Shown here: in pieces, positions 20,075 through 32,100 of the stretch | Layout of the letters: every line of letters starts with the position of its first letter | How positions within the stretch are numbered: position 1 is the stretch's first letter | Virus record (IMG/VR): IMGVR_UViG_3300042564_003366 | Location: 1 to 64,000 of that record | DNA length: 64,000 bases | Strand: one strand, 5' to 3' | DNA from: a virus | The notes under the pieces: generated by a model | Told to the model about the DNA's origin: nothing | Seen by the model: the letters and a program-made list of their open reading frames with translations, nothing else | Database searches by the model: none | Position numbers and translations under genes: made by a program

Positions 20075-23000
20075 ATGGACAACTCTTTTAGAATAAGAAC
20101 AGAAATAGGTAAAGACAAAGTAGTAAATTTTGAGTTAAATCAGGACTTTGAATTTTTAGAAATACTATCCTTTAAAGTTAGACAATCAGATGTTTTCTCA
20201 TTAAATTGTGCTAATTATGGTGTTGTAACAGGAAGGGTTACAGCAAATACTGGCTTTGGATTGCCAAATGCAAAAGTTTCAATTTTCATACCAATAAGCG
20301 ATGAGGATGCTAATAATGAAGTTATTAACGCAATTTATCCTTATAGAAATATAAAAGATACAAATGAAGATGGGTATAGATATAATCTATTACCTTATGA
20401 AGAATCTTATTTTGGACATGTTCCAACGGGTACATTCCCCTCACTAGATGATGTTTTATTAAATACCGTTGCCATTGAAGTATTTGACAAGTATTATAAA
20501 TATACGGTCAAGACAAATTCAAGCGGTGATTATATGATATTTGGTGTTCCCATAGGTGGTCAAGTTGTTTTTATGGATCTTGATTTATCTGACATGGGGG
20601 AGTTTTCATTAACCCCAGAAGATTTAATTAGAATGGGGTTGGCAACCAGAGACCAATTAAAGGATGGAAAGTTTAAGGCATCAACTGACTTGCAAATATT
20701 GCCCCAAATTGTATCATTAACAAAACCAGTTGATGTATCACCATTATGGGGGGATGATGAAATATGCCAGCCAGCAATTAATAGGGTTGATTTTGATTTA
20801 AGGGATGATGCAAATATTGACATACAACCAACATCTGTTTTTATTGGTTCAATAATATCAACAACAGATAAGTTAGCAACAAAAATAAGTTGCAACAAAC
20901 CAAACAAACAAGGTGAGTTATGTAATTTGATTGCGAACACTGGACAAATATTAGCAATCAGGCAAACAATTGATGTAGATAATTTAGATAAGCCAATTTT
21001 AGAACAATACGAGATAGAAGGTGGGGGGTATGTTATTGATGATAATGGAGCTTGGATTGTAGATGTTCCGATGAATTTGGATTATGTTATTACAGATGAG
21101 AATGGGGAGAAAATAATAACAACAGATAAGACAAGGGGCATCCCAACAAAGGGTAAATATAGATTTAAGGTTAAGTGGGAGCAATCGGATGAGTTAAATA
21201 AATCAACAAAAAGAGCCACATATTTGCTTCCTAATATTAAAGAATATGGGTGGGATAGTTTGGATCCAACAGTTGACCCAATAAACTCAAATGTTCCAAA
21301 TGTTAAAGAGCAACTTAGGGGTTCTTATTATTTTGGACTTGCTTGGTCGGGCTATACTAATTCAGCTGATGCTATATCTTGTGAGGATACATTCTATGAG
21401 TTTAATTATAATAGGGTTTATACTGTAAGTAATTTAATATATAATGACCCGATAAAAGGAATATCAGATGATTTATGCGATGCTAGGGTCAATAAGTTTC
21501 CAACGAATGATGGTATTAAACACCCCACGTTCTTGGGTAGTATTATTAATTTCTTTAATTCTTTAATTTCAATTATTACGGTAAACTTAATTGTTCCGTT
21601 AGTTTTCATTTTACATGTAGTATCAGGAATTATTAATTTAATTCTCGACATCGTTACTATTGTCGGTAAAATTATGAATTTTTTAGTAAGATTATTTGGA
21701 TTTAAGTCGGTTAAATTTATTGATTTAACTAACTTAAAAATAAAAACTATAAAACTACCTATAATATCATATCCATCTTGCACTACTTGTGAGTGCGATG
21801 CTACTGTCATTAGTGATGAACCAGTTCCACTTTTGGATTCTGGGTTTTTAACGCCAATTAGTAACCCAGCTAATTATTATAAGAAATATTTGGATTCATT
21901 ATTGTTGTTAGATGGTCAATTTAATAAATTTTTTAATGGGCATTATGGTATAACCATATTTAGCCAGAGATACGACCCCCAGACAAACGAAGGTAAAGAA
22001 GATAGGCAATACTTTGCGGAGGCAGTCAGTCAAGCGCTAGGGGGTAAATTAACCATATTTGAGAATATAAATGATTATAAAGAAACCATATCTGATGAAT
22101 TTGAATTCTTAAATTTAAACAAATTCTTCACGTACCAATTAACTTTGAATATACCAGAAAGAATTAATTTATTTAATACCAGAGGGCAATATTTTTCTTA
22201 TACAAATTTAATTAAAGTTACCTTTTCAGTTAATAACAATCTTGGAAAATCGCATTACGATAATACATTAACTGTTTTAACGCCAAAGTTTTATGATTCA
22301 GGTACATTATTGAGTTTTGTTGACCCCAAAATAACTTTTGATGAAAATAATAAAAACAATATTACTGGTACAACAGTTGGGGATGTTAATTTTAACATTA
22401 CAATTAATTATATTGACCCTGGGAAATCTGATAAATCAGTAGTATATACAATTCCAAAATCAGATAGTTTGGTTAAAACCCAAATTTTCCCTATGGACAT
22501 TGAGTATTATCAAGTAATTACTGCCATAACTTACAGTCAATTTATAAAAATATCTAATACAAGTAGTTTTCCTAGGTCATTCCCAACAATATTAGCGGGT
22601 TCAGGAGACACTAGGTATAGTAAAGATAATAATATTAATATTGAAGGTCAGACAAAGAAGAAAACTTTGGATTATTATGAAAATATTGAAGAGCAATATG
22701 TTGTGATAATGCAAAGGGGCGTGGATCCGTATTCCCCCTTATTCATAAATGAATATAGTTTAGGTAGAATTTTTGGATTCCAAGATGAATTGGCTATAAA
22801 GATAACGGGAGAAACTAGATTAAACATCCCTATTCAGAAAATAACTAATGGAGAATCAATACAGAGTCATTATAATCAAAATCAGATTTTTTATCCATCT
22901 TATTTTTTCACCCCAGGTAGTGATTTCGTTTCCATAACATTCCAGAATGGAGGTTATTATTCGGCATTTGATAAAACATATATAAATAATAATATCAATT

Positions 23001-24736
23001 CAAATCAAATTTTAAGTGAATTAGATGTTACCACAACTATAACACCAAAATATAATAATAATATTTTTGTTCAAAATGGTTCTTATTTATCTTTTGATGA
23101 TTTATCTGGGGGTAGTTTTTTCTTTAATAACACTAATAACAATAATGTGACAAATAGAATGGATTATTTGTCACCATCTTTATATGGTCCATTTCATGTT
23201 TCGCCATTTGTTAGATTAAATAATAAGCAGAATAATATTATGCGTACAGATAGATTACCATCATCGGATCAGTTAGATAGACCAGATGATAATTGGAGTT
23301 TTGATGTGCCGTTATTGCAGCAAAACTTGGTGTTTGGGGCATACATATTCACATTGTCAAGTGGGGGTGATTTGGTTATAGATAGTGTTGGTACGGATGA
23401 TTCATTTGGTGATATTGATAATGAAGGATTACCAGGCAGTGATTTAATATCTAGTTTTGATACTTGTTCAGAGATGGTTGATTTGGATTGTTATAAAGGT
23501 GAAGGTGAGGATTTTAGAATAGATGAGAAGTGTGAGGACAAAGGCAGAGTTGATAATGGATGTTATGTATTATTGAAGAATAAAATTATTGATATTTTTG
23601 TTGACATAGAGAATGTTTTAGAATGGAATCGTAGAAACTCTGTTATTCGTTCATTATGCTCTGGCATAATATCAGAATCATTTTTAAATAATTGGGTTAA
23701 TGGTACTTTATTTGCTCCAGCATTAAAAACTAATTTCAAAATAAGTAATAAAAAAGTAGAGGCTAAATATTGCAAACAAAGTGCTTATTTTGATGACAAT
23801 ACAAATAATTTATATTATAGATCATCCCCATATTATGATGGTAGTTTTATAACCTTTGCAAATTATGGTATAATTCCTAGGCCTACAACAATTATGGATT
23901 TGGGGAAGAAAACATTCACATATATAAAACATATAACTGATATACAAGATTTCAGATATATTATGAATAAATTATCCAATACATCATATCAAGAAAATGA
24001 TTCATTAATTAATTTTTACGTAATATCAAGGCTAATAAGTACAACATTCTTAGATAATTTAAAGGGTTCAAATATTATTGATAAATTCTTTTCAAGAAAA
24101 CTTGGTAATTTTAAAATGATTGATGGAGATTTGGCGCAATTATTCAGTATAAATTCACAATTGGGGGTATTAGAATTTTCTGGGGAAAACTATGAAGATA
24201 CACCGAACTCGGTTCAAATTTATAAAATTAAAAATAAAGTTTGTATTGCTGTGTTTTTTAATTCATCAATTGAAGACTTACAAATAAGGGATTATTTAAG
24301 TCCTGGTAGAATAAATGTAAGAGATAATGATATATTAGAAAGAAAAATACCAATAAAAATAAAATCACAAAAAGTTCCGATGCTTATTTGGAGTAAAGTG
24401 CCTGGTACAAATATTTTTGGTAATGATGAAAATAATTGGAAAGTAGATAATAATAAATTAACATTAACAAGTAGATATTACCAAGATTTAGATAGGCTTG
24501 AACCAAATAAAGCAGAGAATAACTATTTTGTTAATTCAAGAACCTTGGTAGGTAATTTATCTGACGATATTTATAGTCGTGGCTATATATATGCTGTGGA
24601 TTCAGATGGGGTGATTTCATTAATTGACAGTAATTCTAGCGAGAAGTTTTTAGTTGGTGCACCATATTATTTTTATTTTGGTTTAGTAAAGGGGGGTTCA
24701 GCTATGAATTTATTTAAAAATAGATATCCATCATGA
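20075..24736 (+). CDS. Large virion structural protein with internal hydrophobic segment
   Basis: 1553 aa. N-terminal beta-sandwich-like GRVTAN..GLPNAKVSIF / TNSSGDYMIFGVP; about 57-aa hydrophobic stretch at 21530-21700 followed by CTTCEC. Confidence 0.6.
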   Translation: MDNSFRIRTEIGKDKVVNFELNQDFEFLEILSFKVRQSDVFSLNCANYGVVTGRVTANTGFGLPNAKVSIFIPISDEDANNEVINAIYPYRNIKDTNEDGYRYNLLPYEESYFGHVPTGTFPSLDDVLLNTVAIEVFDKYYKYTVKTNSSGDYMIFGVPIGGQVVFMDLDLSDMGEFSLTPEDLIRMGLATRDQLKDGKFKASTDLQILPQIVSLTKPVDVSPLWGDDEICQPAINRVDFDLRDDANIDIQPTSVFIGSIISTTDKLATKISCNKPNKQGELCNLIANTGQILAIRQTIDVDNLDKPILEQYEIEGGGYVIDDNGAWIVDVPMNLDYVITDENGEKIITTDKTRGIPTKGKYRFKVKWEQSDELNKSTKRATYLLPNIKEYGWDSLDPTVDPINSNVPNVKEQLRGSYYFGLAWSGYTNSADAISCEDTFYEFNYNRVYTVSNLIYNDPIKGISDDLCDARVNKFPTNDGIKHPTFLGSIINFFNSLISIITVNLIVPLVFILHVVSGIINLILDIVTIVGKIMNFLVRLFGFKSVKFIDLTNLKIKTIKLPIISYPSCTTCECDATVISDEPVPLLDSGFLTPISNPANYYKKYLDSLLLLDGQFNKFFNGHYGITIFSQRYDPQTNEGKEDRQYFAEAVSQALGGKLTIFENINDYKETISDEFEFLNLNKFFTYQLTLNIPERINLFNTRGQYFSYTNLIKVTFSVNNNLGKSHYDNTLTVLTPKFYDSGTLLSFVDPKITFDENNKNNITGTTVGDVNFNITINYIDPGKSDKSVVYTIPKSDSLVKTQIFPMDIEYYQVITAITYSQFIKISNTSSFPRSFPTILAGSGDTRYSKDNNINIEGQTKKKTLDYYENIEEQYVVIMQRGVDPYSPLFINEYSLGRIFGFQDELAIKITGETRLNIPIQKITNGESIQSHYNQNQIFYPSYFFTPGSDFVSITFQNGGYYSAFDKTYINNNINSNQILSELDVTTTITPKYNNNIFVQNGSYLSFDDLSGGSFFFNNTNNNNVTNRMDYLSPSLYGPFHVSPFVRLNNKQNNIMRTDRLPSSDQLDRPDDNWSFDVPLLQQNLVFGAYIFTLSSGGDLVIDSVGTDDSFGDIDNEGLPGSDLISSFDTCSEMVDLDCYKGEGEDFRIDEKCEDKGRVDNGCYVLLKNKIIDIFVDIENVLEWNRRNSVIRSLCSGIISESFLNNWVNGTLFAPALKTNFKISNKKVEAKYCKQSAYFDDNTNNLYYRSSPYYDGSFITFANYGIIPRPTTIMDLGKKTFTYIKHITDIQDFRYIMNKLSNTSYQENDSLINFYVISRLISTTFLDNLKGSNIIDKFFSRKLGNFKMIDGDLAQLFSINSQLGVLEFSGENYEDTPNSVQIYKIKNKVCIAVFFNSSIEDLQIRDYLSPGRINVRDNDILERKIPIKIKSQKVPMLIWSKVPGTNIFGNDENNWKVDNNKLTLTSRYYQDLDRLEPNKAENNYFVNSRTLVGNLSDDIYSRGYIYAVDSDGVISLIDSNSSEKFLVGAPYYFYFGLVKGGSAMNLFKNRYPS

Positions 24737-26373
24737 GTAAGTATAAAATAGTTCCAAATTCATTTAAATTTAAGACCGCAGAGGAATTAGATAGTTTTAT
24801 TAATATAGATTTATCTACTGATAGAAAAGAACTTATTGAATTTGATAAGAACACAAATATTGATTTAGCTGATTTGGGGAATAAAGAAAAGAATGAATCT
24901 TTCAGATATAGACCAACAGTTAAAATAAATTTTATATATAACAATTCATACACTGGGACAACAATTTATACAGGTCATACATTATTTTATGAATATACGA
25001 GTAATTTAGATATAAATAATAACTACGGCTATTTAAATAGTTATGATTTTGACTTTTTTAGACCCCCTACTAATGTTGAGTATGATATATATGACACTTC
25101 GATAGCTTACAAGTATAATTGGTCATATTACTATACATATCCATTTGATGAGGTAGATAAAGAATTATCAATAGATTTATATGGTAAGAGTTTAACATGG
25201 AGTTCTTCGGATGGAATACCTTTCGTTTCAGAATATATAAAAGCCAATGGTAAAGATTTTATACGCTTAAAGTGTGGAGTTAAACATAACTTGTCGGCAT
25301 TTGAATATATAAGTTTAACAATAAATGGAGATGAGAATATTATAAAAATATCTTCATTAGGGGATGAGAAATACCAATCAGAATTTTACATATTGAATAT
25401 TGAGGTTGTTGATGTTTTAAATCCTATTATACCAGATGAGTATATTGGCACATTTAAAAGAGTTATTAATCCAAATAATTTAGAAGAAACCAAATCAAAA
25501 TATTATATTAGGAGGCATAAAGTAATAAAAAATGTTGACCAAATAAATGCTGTTAAATCTGGGTATGAGAAAAATATTTATGATTCACCTTATAGTTTGG
25601 TTTTCTATAAAAAAGAAACTAAACTAGGTAGGAGAAATTCAAATACTTCATATAATTTTACTATTGATGATGACATTGAGTTAGGTAATTTGGTTGATAA
25701 TAAAAACAGACCAATAACTGAATTATTTTTCACTATTGTTAACAAAGGGGTTAGTGGTTTTTTTAATAATCCAAATAATAATACGGGGTTAAAAGAAGGC
25801 TGGGAGTTTAATATAACAAGTACACCTAATAGATGGTGGGATGGCGCTGGGGCAAATACCAATATACCAACGTCAACATATACGAAAGATAATCTTGATT
25901 TTTATTATAATGATAATTATAAAAACGGTGATTTATTGAATGGGGATTTTTGTGAATGGAATAGTTTCGAACAAACGGAAAGGGTTATTTCGGAATATCA
26001 TCATAAAATAACACATAATCCCGATATATTTAAAATAGGCAATCAAAAAAATGGATATTACTATAAACCCCATAATAAAATTGTTGTAAAGGTTTTTTCT
26101 GACTATATAGAAAGGGGTTCAGTCGATGAGGTAGATAATATTCCAAGTTATGCTTTTTTCTCAAAACAAACAAATGAATTTGTATGGCGAGATTTATATG
26201 ATATTGGGTATTTTGATGATAATACGAAAGGTGTTAATTACCCATTTATAAATAATACGCATTATCCTTTTAATTATTTTATATTTAGATTAGTCCAAGA
26301 GGGGTATTCTTACACTAATAAAATTAGTGGATCAACTGAAAATGAAAAACCTATAATAGATGAGTGTGAATAA
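24733..26373 (+). CDS. Hypothetical structural protein
   Basis: 546-aa ORF with ATGA overlap to the previous gene, within the baseplate operon. Confidence 0.65.
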   Translation: MSKYKIVPNSFKFKTAEELDSFINIDLSTDRKELIEFDKNTNIDLADLGNKEKNESFRYRPTVKINFIYNNSYTGTTIYTGHTLFYEYTSNLDINNNYGYLNSYDFDFFRPPTNVEYDIYDTSIAYKYNWSYYYTYPFDEVDKELSIDLYGKSLTWSSSDGIPFVSEYIKANGKDFIRLKCGVKHNLSAFEYISLTINGDENIIKISSLGDEKYQSEFYILNIEVVDVLNPIIPDEYIGTFKRVINPNNLEETKSKYYIRRHKVIKNVDQINAVKSGYEKNIYDSPYSLVFYKKETKLGRRNSNTSYNFTIDDDIELGNLVDNKNRPITELFFTIVNKGVSGFFNNPNNNTGLKEGWEFNITSTPNRWWDGAGANTNIPTSTYTKDNLDFYYNDNYKNGDLLNGDFCEWNSFEQTERVISEYHHKITHNPDIFKIGNQKNGYYYKPHNKIVVKVFSDYIERGSVDEVDNIPSYAFFSKQTNEFVWRDLYDIGYFDDNTKGVNYPFINNTHYPFNYFIFRLVQEGYSYTNKISGSTENEKPIIDECE

Positions 26374-27151
26374 GTATAAATTAATTAAACCAAATGTTAA
26401 TGACTTGTTAATAAACCTACCAATAGAAATTAACTGGGATTATCTGGGGCATCAAGATAGCATAGATTCGTATGAAGAAACAATTATTGATACTATTACA
26501 AAAGATAAAATTGACTATGAATTAACTAGGTTTTCCCCCAAAAAATGTAGGGAAGGTTCTGATGTGCCTATTGAAAAATGCAACCAATTAAATTTTGAGT
26601 TTTATTTTTTCACAGGAACAACAATTGCTGATAATTCGCAGTGGATTCCTAGTTATTTAAATGGGGATTTTTTCGAGAAGGATATTATTTTTAATACTAA
26701 CAAGTTTAAAAACTCTTTTTTTAAATTAGATTTTTATGACTCACCAATAGCGAAGGAGCAAAAAATATATTTGTCAACCATTTTCCCATTTGAGAATGGT
26801 AATAAAAATAATAATGGCGTTAAGATACCAATATATACATTAGATTACACGTCTAATAGTGAGAATTATTTTATTTATTGGTTGAAAGATAAGAATTATT
26901 TAAATATTGATACTTTTTATGTTTCGGCAACTTATTTTAATAGTTCTGATGGGGATTTTACTAGGATGGCAAATATTTGCCAAGGGGGTTTGGCTGATAA
27001 ATATAATTTAAATTCTATTTTTGATTTTTATTATAAATTAGAATTAGATTATGATGTTAAGAAATATGAATATTTTGATATGAAGGTTGAAGATTTAGTT
27101 GTGGGGTTAGTTAATAACCCAATAAAATGGTATGAATACGTTTCAATATAA
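26360..27151 (+). CDS. Hypothetical structural protein
   Basis: 263-aa ORF overlapping both neighbours; FKNSFFKLDFYDSP motif. Confidence 0.65.
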   Translation: MSVNKYKLIKPNVNDLLINLPIEINWDYLGHQDSIDSYEETIIDTITKDKIDYELTRFSPKKCREGSDVPIEKCNQLNFEFYFFTGTTIADNSQWIPSYLNGDFFEKDIIFNTNKFKNSFFKLDFYDSPIAKEQKIYLSTIFPFENGNKNNNGVKIPIYTLDYTSNSENYFIYWLKDKNYLNIDTFYVSATYFNSSDGDFTRMANICQGGLADKYNLNSIFDFYYKLELDYDVKKYEYFDMKVEDLVVGLVNNPIKWYEYVSI

Positions 27152-28197
27152 TGTTATATAAATTAAAAATAACCCCAGAGTCTTTTTCGCAAATAATCAA
27201 ACATGTTGATTATAATGGTAAAGAAGTTGGTGTATATAGAACAGTAAGCGAGGTTTTAACTGGGACTACTAATAATCAACCAATTATTTCATCATTTAAC
27301 ATTCCTATTTTATTAAAACAAAATTACGTTGATTTTGGATATTATTCAGAATTTGATGGTGCTATTTTGCAAAAAGAAACAGTATTAAATTTTGTGTTTA
27401 GCGCAATAACTGAATATGAATATCTTGTATTGAATACATCAAACAATTTAAATAATTTCACAAAAGATGCTAATTATGTTATAGATTGGGGCGATGGAAC
27501 AGTTGAAGATTTAATAACGAACCCTATATATCATACATACTCAACTGGGGGTCTGGAATATTATACAATAGTAATTACCCAAACAAATAATTTTGGAACT
27601 AATATTATTAAAAAGAATGTGATAGTACCATTTGATGCTACGAAGGTTAGTGATGATCCAAACGGTACGGCTGAATTTATCCCCAGCGGTGGCCCATGGA
27701 AGGGTACACCATTAAGTTATGATTATATTTTTAGTGGGGATAGTGGTAGTTTAGAGGATTATGTTAATACTACCCCCGTACAAATAAGCGGATATACCTA
27801 TTCAAAGATTAAGGATTTATCATCCTACGGAACAGATACTTACCTAGTAGGAAAACCAATATATATTGACAATATATTATTAGGGCAAATTGATAGTATA
27901 TCAACAGAATATACGGCATATACTATACAAAATATTAGTTATGTTGATTATCCTAGTGGTTTAACAATATTTAATATTGAAACTAGTGGCTTAACAACAA
28001 ATACAACTACTTTGAGCGGTATTACAAAAGATGAGGTTTTATTAAAATCAGTTTCAAGCCCACAAATATTTTCTAATGTTTTTATTGAGAGAGGTAAAGT
28101 TTCTGGGTACGAGAAGGTTCTTAGACTTGGGGAAGTGAAAACAATAGAAGATTTAGAAAATTATGGATATGGGTTCTTCAAATTGGAAAATAAATAA
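27151..28197 (+). CDS. Structural protein with PKD-like domain
   Basis: YVIDWGDGT...IYHTYS..G..Y is the PKD signature. Confidence 0.65.
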   Translation: MLYKLKITPESFSQIIKHVDYNGKEVGVYRTVSEVLTGTTNNQPIISSFNIPILLKQNYVDFGYYSEFDGAILQKETVLNFVFSAITEYEYLVLNTSNNLNNFTKDANYVIDWGDGTVEDLITNPIYHTYSTGGLEYYTIVITQTNNFGTNIIKKNVIVPFDATKVSDDPNGTAEFIPSGGPWKGTPLSYDYIFSGDSGSLEDYVNTTPVQISGYTYSKIKDLSSYGTDTYLVGKPIYIDNILLGQIDSISTEYTAYTIQNISYVDYPSGLTIFNIETSGLTTNTTTLSGITKDEVLLKSVSSPQIFSNVFIERGKVSGYEKVLRLGEVKTIEDLENYGYGFFKLENK

Positions 28198-28207
28198 AGA
28201 AATAAAC

Positions 28208-28215
28208 TATTTATA
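28208..28215 (+). promoter_or_regulatory. Putative late promoter TATTTATA
   Basis: 16 nt upstream of ATG 28232. Confidence 0.55.
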
Positions 28216-28231
28216 AAATAAAAATAATATT

Positions 28232-29125
28232 ATGGCAATTGGAGTATATGGTACAGTTAGACCTAGTGATGTTAGTCCAGAAGATGTTGAAATTATTATG
28301 ATATATTCGCCATCAAGAGACCAAACGGAAACTATTGTTCAAAAAAAATTATCAGCAACGACATTACTAAAACCATATTTTGACGATGTTAATACTCAAG
28401 AGTTATTGGGGGGTTTATATAACTTAACATTACCAGCAGCCGAATTTACTTCAATTGGGTTTTATACATTATATTTAAGACCTGCGCAAATAAGAACTAA
28501 AATAAGCGATTGTGGAATATTAAGTGCGTTACCAAATGTTAAAGGTATCGTTATTAACTTAGATGAAGTACCAGATGATTTTAGAAATAAATTTGAGAAA
28601 GCCCAAGAACTTGTTGGTTATAGGGTGGAGTATTTAAATAATGGGCAAAAAGTCCCTAATTTTTTTAGAATAGTGACATCATCTTTTTTTTGTGAACCTA
28701 TTGTTACAAATGAAACAAATACATCGCAAAAAACAATAAGATATAGATATGTGGAGAATAATACAAATTTAGTATTTTTGACTTTGTCCCCAAGCAACTC
28801 ACCATCTAACAAGACAAATGCTGTACCATTTATTGGGCAGCCTGGACAAAGTATTATTATTTCTAATACATATTTTAATCCTACTACATTAGAGGTTGAG
28901 ATTGCTGAACATGACATATCAACATTAGCTGTTGGGTTATTTGGTAATCAGACTAAATCTGTTGAGGATGGAATATACACTATATATGATAGTGAAAATA
29001 ACATATATAAACAATATAATTTATTTGAAGTTAGAAATGAATTTAATGAATTGCTTTATGAGGTTAGAGAAGACCGAGGTGATGATATTGATATAAGTAA
29101 AAACTTTGATAATATAATAGAATAA
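28232..29125 (+). CDS. Hypothetical structural protein
   Basis: 297-aa ORF coupled (TAATG) to the next gene. Confidence 0.65.
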   Translation: MAIGVYGTVRPSDVSPEDVEIIMIYSPSRDQTETIVQKKLSATTLLKPYFDDVNTQELLGGLYNLTLPAAEFTSIGFYTLYLRPAQIRTKISDCGILSALPNVKGIVINLDEVPDDFRNKFEKAQELVGYRVEYLNNGQKVPNFFRIVTSSFFCEPIVTNETNTSQKTIRYRYVENNTNLVFLTLSPSNSPSNKTNAVPFIGQPGQSIIISNTYFNPTTLEVEIAEHDISTLAVGLFGNQTKSVEDGIYTIYDSENNIYKQYNLFEVRNEFNELLYEVREDRGDDIDISKNFDNIIE

Positions 29126-32100
29126 TGCCAATAATTTATATTAAGAAAAGTCCAGGTAGTGGAATTGGAGTATTTGATAATTTAGTTGGATACCAGCTTG
29201 TACAAGGTGGGGGCTTAACCTATGGAAATTTCCAGTTTACCCCAAGTATAACGGAAAAAACATCACCAAGTTTTTATACAAATTTATTTGATAAGCCGAT
29301 AAATCTTTTGGACTTAGGTATTAGTGATATATCTAATGTAAGAGAAAGCATAACTAATGAATTGAATGTTGTTCCAAATTATGATATATCACAAGTTTTT
29401 AATTTTTCATTATACGGTTCATTATCAAAAAGATTTTCAGTTTCAATAACTAAAATTATAAATTATTTTCCAGCGTCTATTGATGTTAATTTATATGATG
29501 ATAATTTAGTTACTGGTTATACTGCGACAAATATTTCTTATGAATTAGACAGCACAACATTTGATATTGATGTATTGAAAATAAAGAATCCATTTGGTGT
29601 GGATTTTACTAAAAATGCAGCAATTAATATTAGTTCAAACGAAATTAGTGTTAGTAAGTTTAGGGATTTAACAACATACTATAAAGATTATGTTTTAGAC
29701 ATTCAAGGGGAACAATATCCAATAACTATATTAAATCCTACGGATAGTTTAACAAGTGGGGTATTGAATATTACCGTGTCTGGCAACCCATTTAATATTC
29801 TTGTTTATCAAGTAGAACAATCAACAACGCCTTTTATAATTAGACCTAGCGATTTTTTATATAATTTAGTTTTGAAGAGTGATTTTGACGAGGTTGAACA
29901 ATACATGTTAAATACATTAACAAATCCAGTTTACACTATGAACTTACAAGTTCCAGAGGAGAAAGAAGATGGTAGTTTTGTTATTGTTAATTATAGTTTA
30001 AATTGGCCACTAGATGGTAGTTGGAATTTAGATATCTCATCCGAGAGTTTTGATACTTATTTGAATAAACTACAAGAGATTTCTGAGTATTTTGATGGGG
30101 TTAAAACCAACTTGATATCGAGATTTTTTGTTGCTGATTCTTTAAAAGAATTTGATACAAATGACCGTAGAGTTGAAAGTGTTTTACAAATATATGGTCG
30201 TAGTTTTGATGAGGTAAAGAAATTTATTGATTCATTAGGTTATATGAACTCCATTAACTATGTACCTAAAAACGATATTCCTTCACAATTATTGTCTGAT
30301 TTAAGTAAAACATTAGGCTGGGGGGATAACTTTGATTTCTTATATGATAAGTCATTAATCGACTCAATTTTTGGGACAAGTGAAAGCGGCATATATTCTG
30401 CTTATAGCAGAACTCAAACGCCATTGGAATTAAATTATGCTTTTTATAGAAATTTAGTAATAAATTCATTTTACTTATTTAAGTCAAAGGGTACAAGAAG
30501 ACCTATTGAATTTTTAATGAAGTTATTTGGTGTTCCAGATGCAATGATTCAATTTAATGAGCATATTTACTTGGCAGATGGCCCAGTAGATTTAAATAAA
30601 TTTAATAATGCGATAGAAAAATTGGATGGGGGTTTTTATATTGATTCTGATCCTATTTTCACCAATCAAACATATACGATTGAGGGTATTTTATTTACTG
30701 GCTTTACGTCAAATAATGATTCTGTTGTAGTTAATTATAATATAAATGATTATCCTGTTTATACTGCAACTGGTTACCCCAAAAAGGTTAGTAATCCAGA
30801 TTTTTATTTCCAAAAAGGTGCTGGCTGGTATGAACTGACCCCACCTCATAGGAGTTTAGAAATACCAAAGAGAGTAGTTAGTGGGGATACGACAACATAT
30901 AGTTCAGAATTCGAAGGCTTCACATATGGCCAAAAATATTTAGATTTATTCAGAAGGTTTCCATACATGGACGATGGTTTTGGTTTGACTAAAACGATTG
31001 ATAATAAGAAATCTTGGAATGTTCTTGATGTGTTAACTAGAAAATCATTAGATGGTGACTATAACGCATATTATTTCTTAAATACTGAAAGGTTATTATT
31101 AAATGTTAAGAACATTGATTTGTATATAAACCCATCACAAGCAATTGTTTATGATATTTGGTTGAAGTCTGTTGAAAACAACTATCCGATACCACAAGAG
31201 GGGTTAAATTTATCTAATACTGGTTCACCAAATGACCCTAGTGGGGATAGTAAAGATAGTACGAAGATAATTCCTAGCCCCAAGACGAAGACGTTTTTTG
31301 AGTTTCTACAAACATTTTCATCAAATATGATTAATGTTAGAAACCGCTTATACATTACAGATAATAAGACTGGGGGGTACCCTGTTTTGCAATACATATT
31401 TTGGAAATATCTTGAAGCACAACAAATTTCTGGTGCGACAAACAAATATACCTATAATAATTTAATTGAATATGTTAACAATATAAATCCGTATTGGGTT
31501 AAAATTGTTGAACAAATGATTCCTGCTACAACTATATGGAATACAGGTGGTAGGTATGAGAATACCCCTTTTCATCGTCAGAAATATGTATATAAAAGAA
31601 GATTGGGTTGCGTTGTTGGGGAAATACCAAATAAGAAAGTATTGAATCAATATACTGAAATAAATATTTGGTACACATCTGGTGTTGAAATGACAGAAAC
31701 CTATAATGCTTTAATCGAAATGAGGGATACTGTTTTAAGAGATTGTTTCTTAACATACTATAATAATGATATTTCTTTATACGAACAAAATGTAAAAATA
31801 AGAGAGTTTTCTGGTAAAGTTTCCAAAAATAGAACATTTTACGCTTTAAATACTTCTGGTTCGACACAATCAGTTAAGAGTGTTATTAATCTTGTATTCC
31901 AAGATGAGGCTCAAAATGCATACACAGGGGTTGATTTTAATATAAATAACACCCCAACTGACAGATATGTATTAGATATAGCTGATTTAAGAAATGGGAT
32001 TTCAGGTTTTACGAAATCATATTATACTGGAATAATATTTAGAATTAATACAAATAATACAACATCAAGCGACTTTAGAAAGTTACTAGTTGCGATTAAG

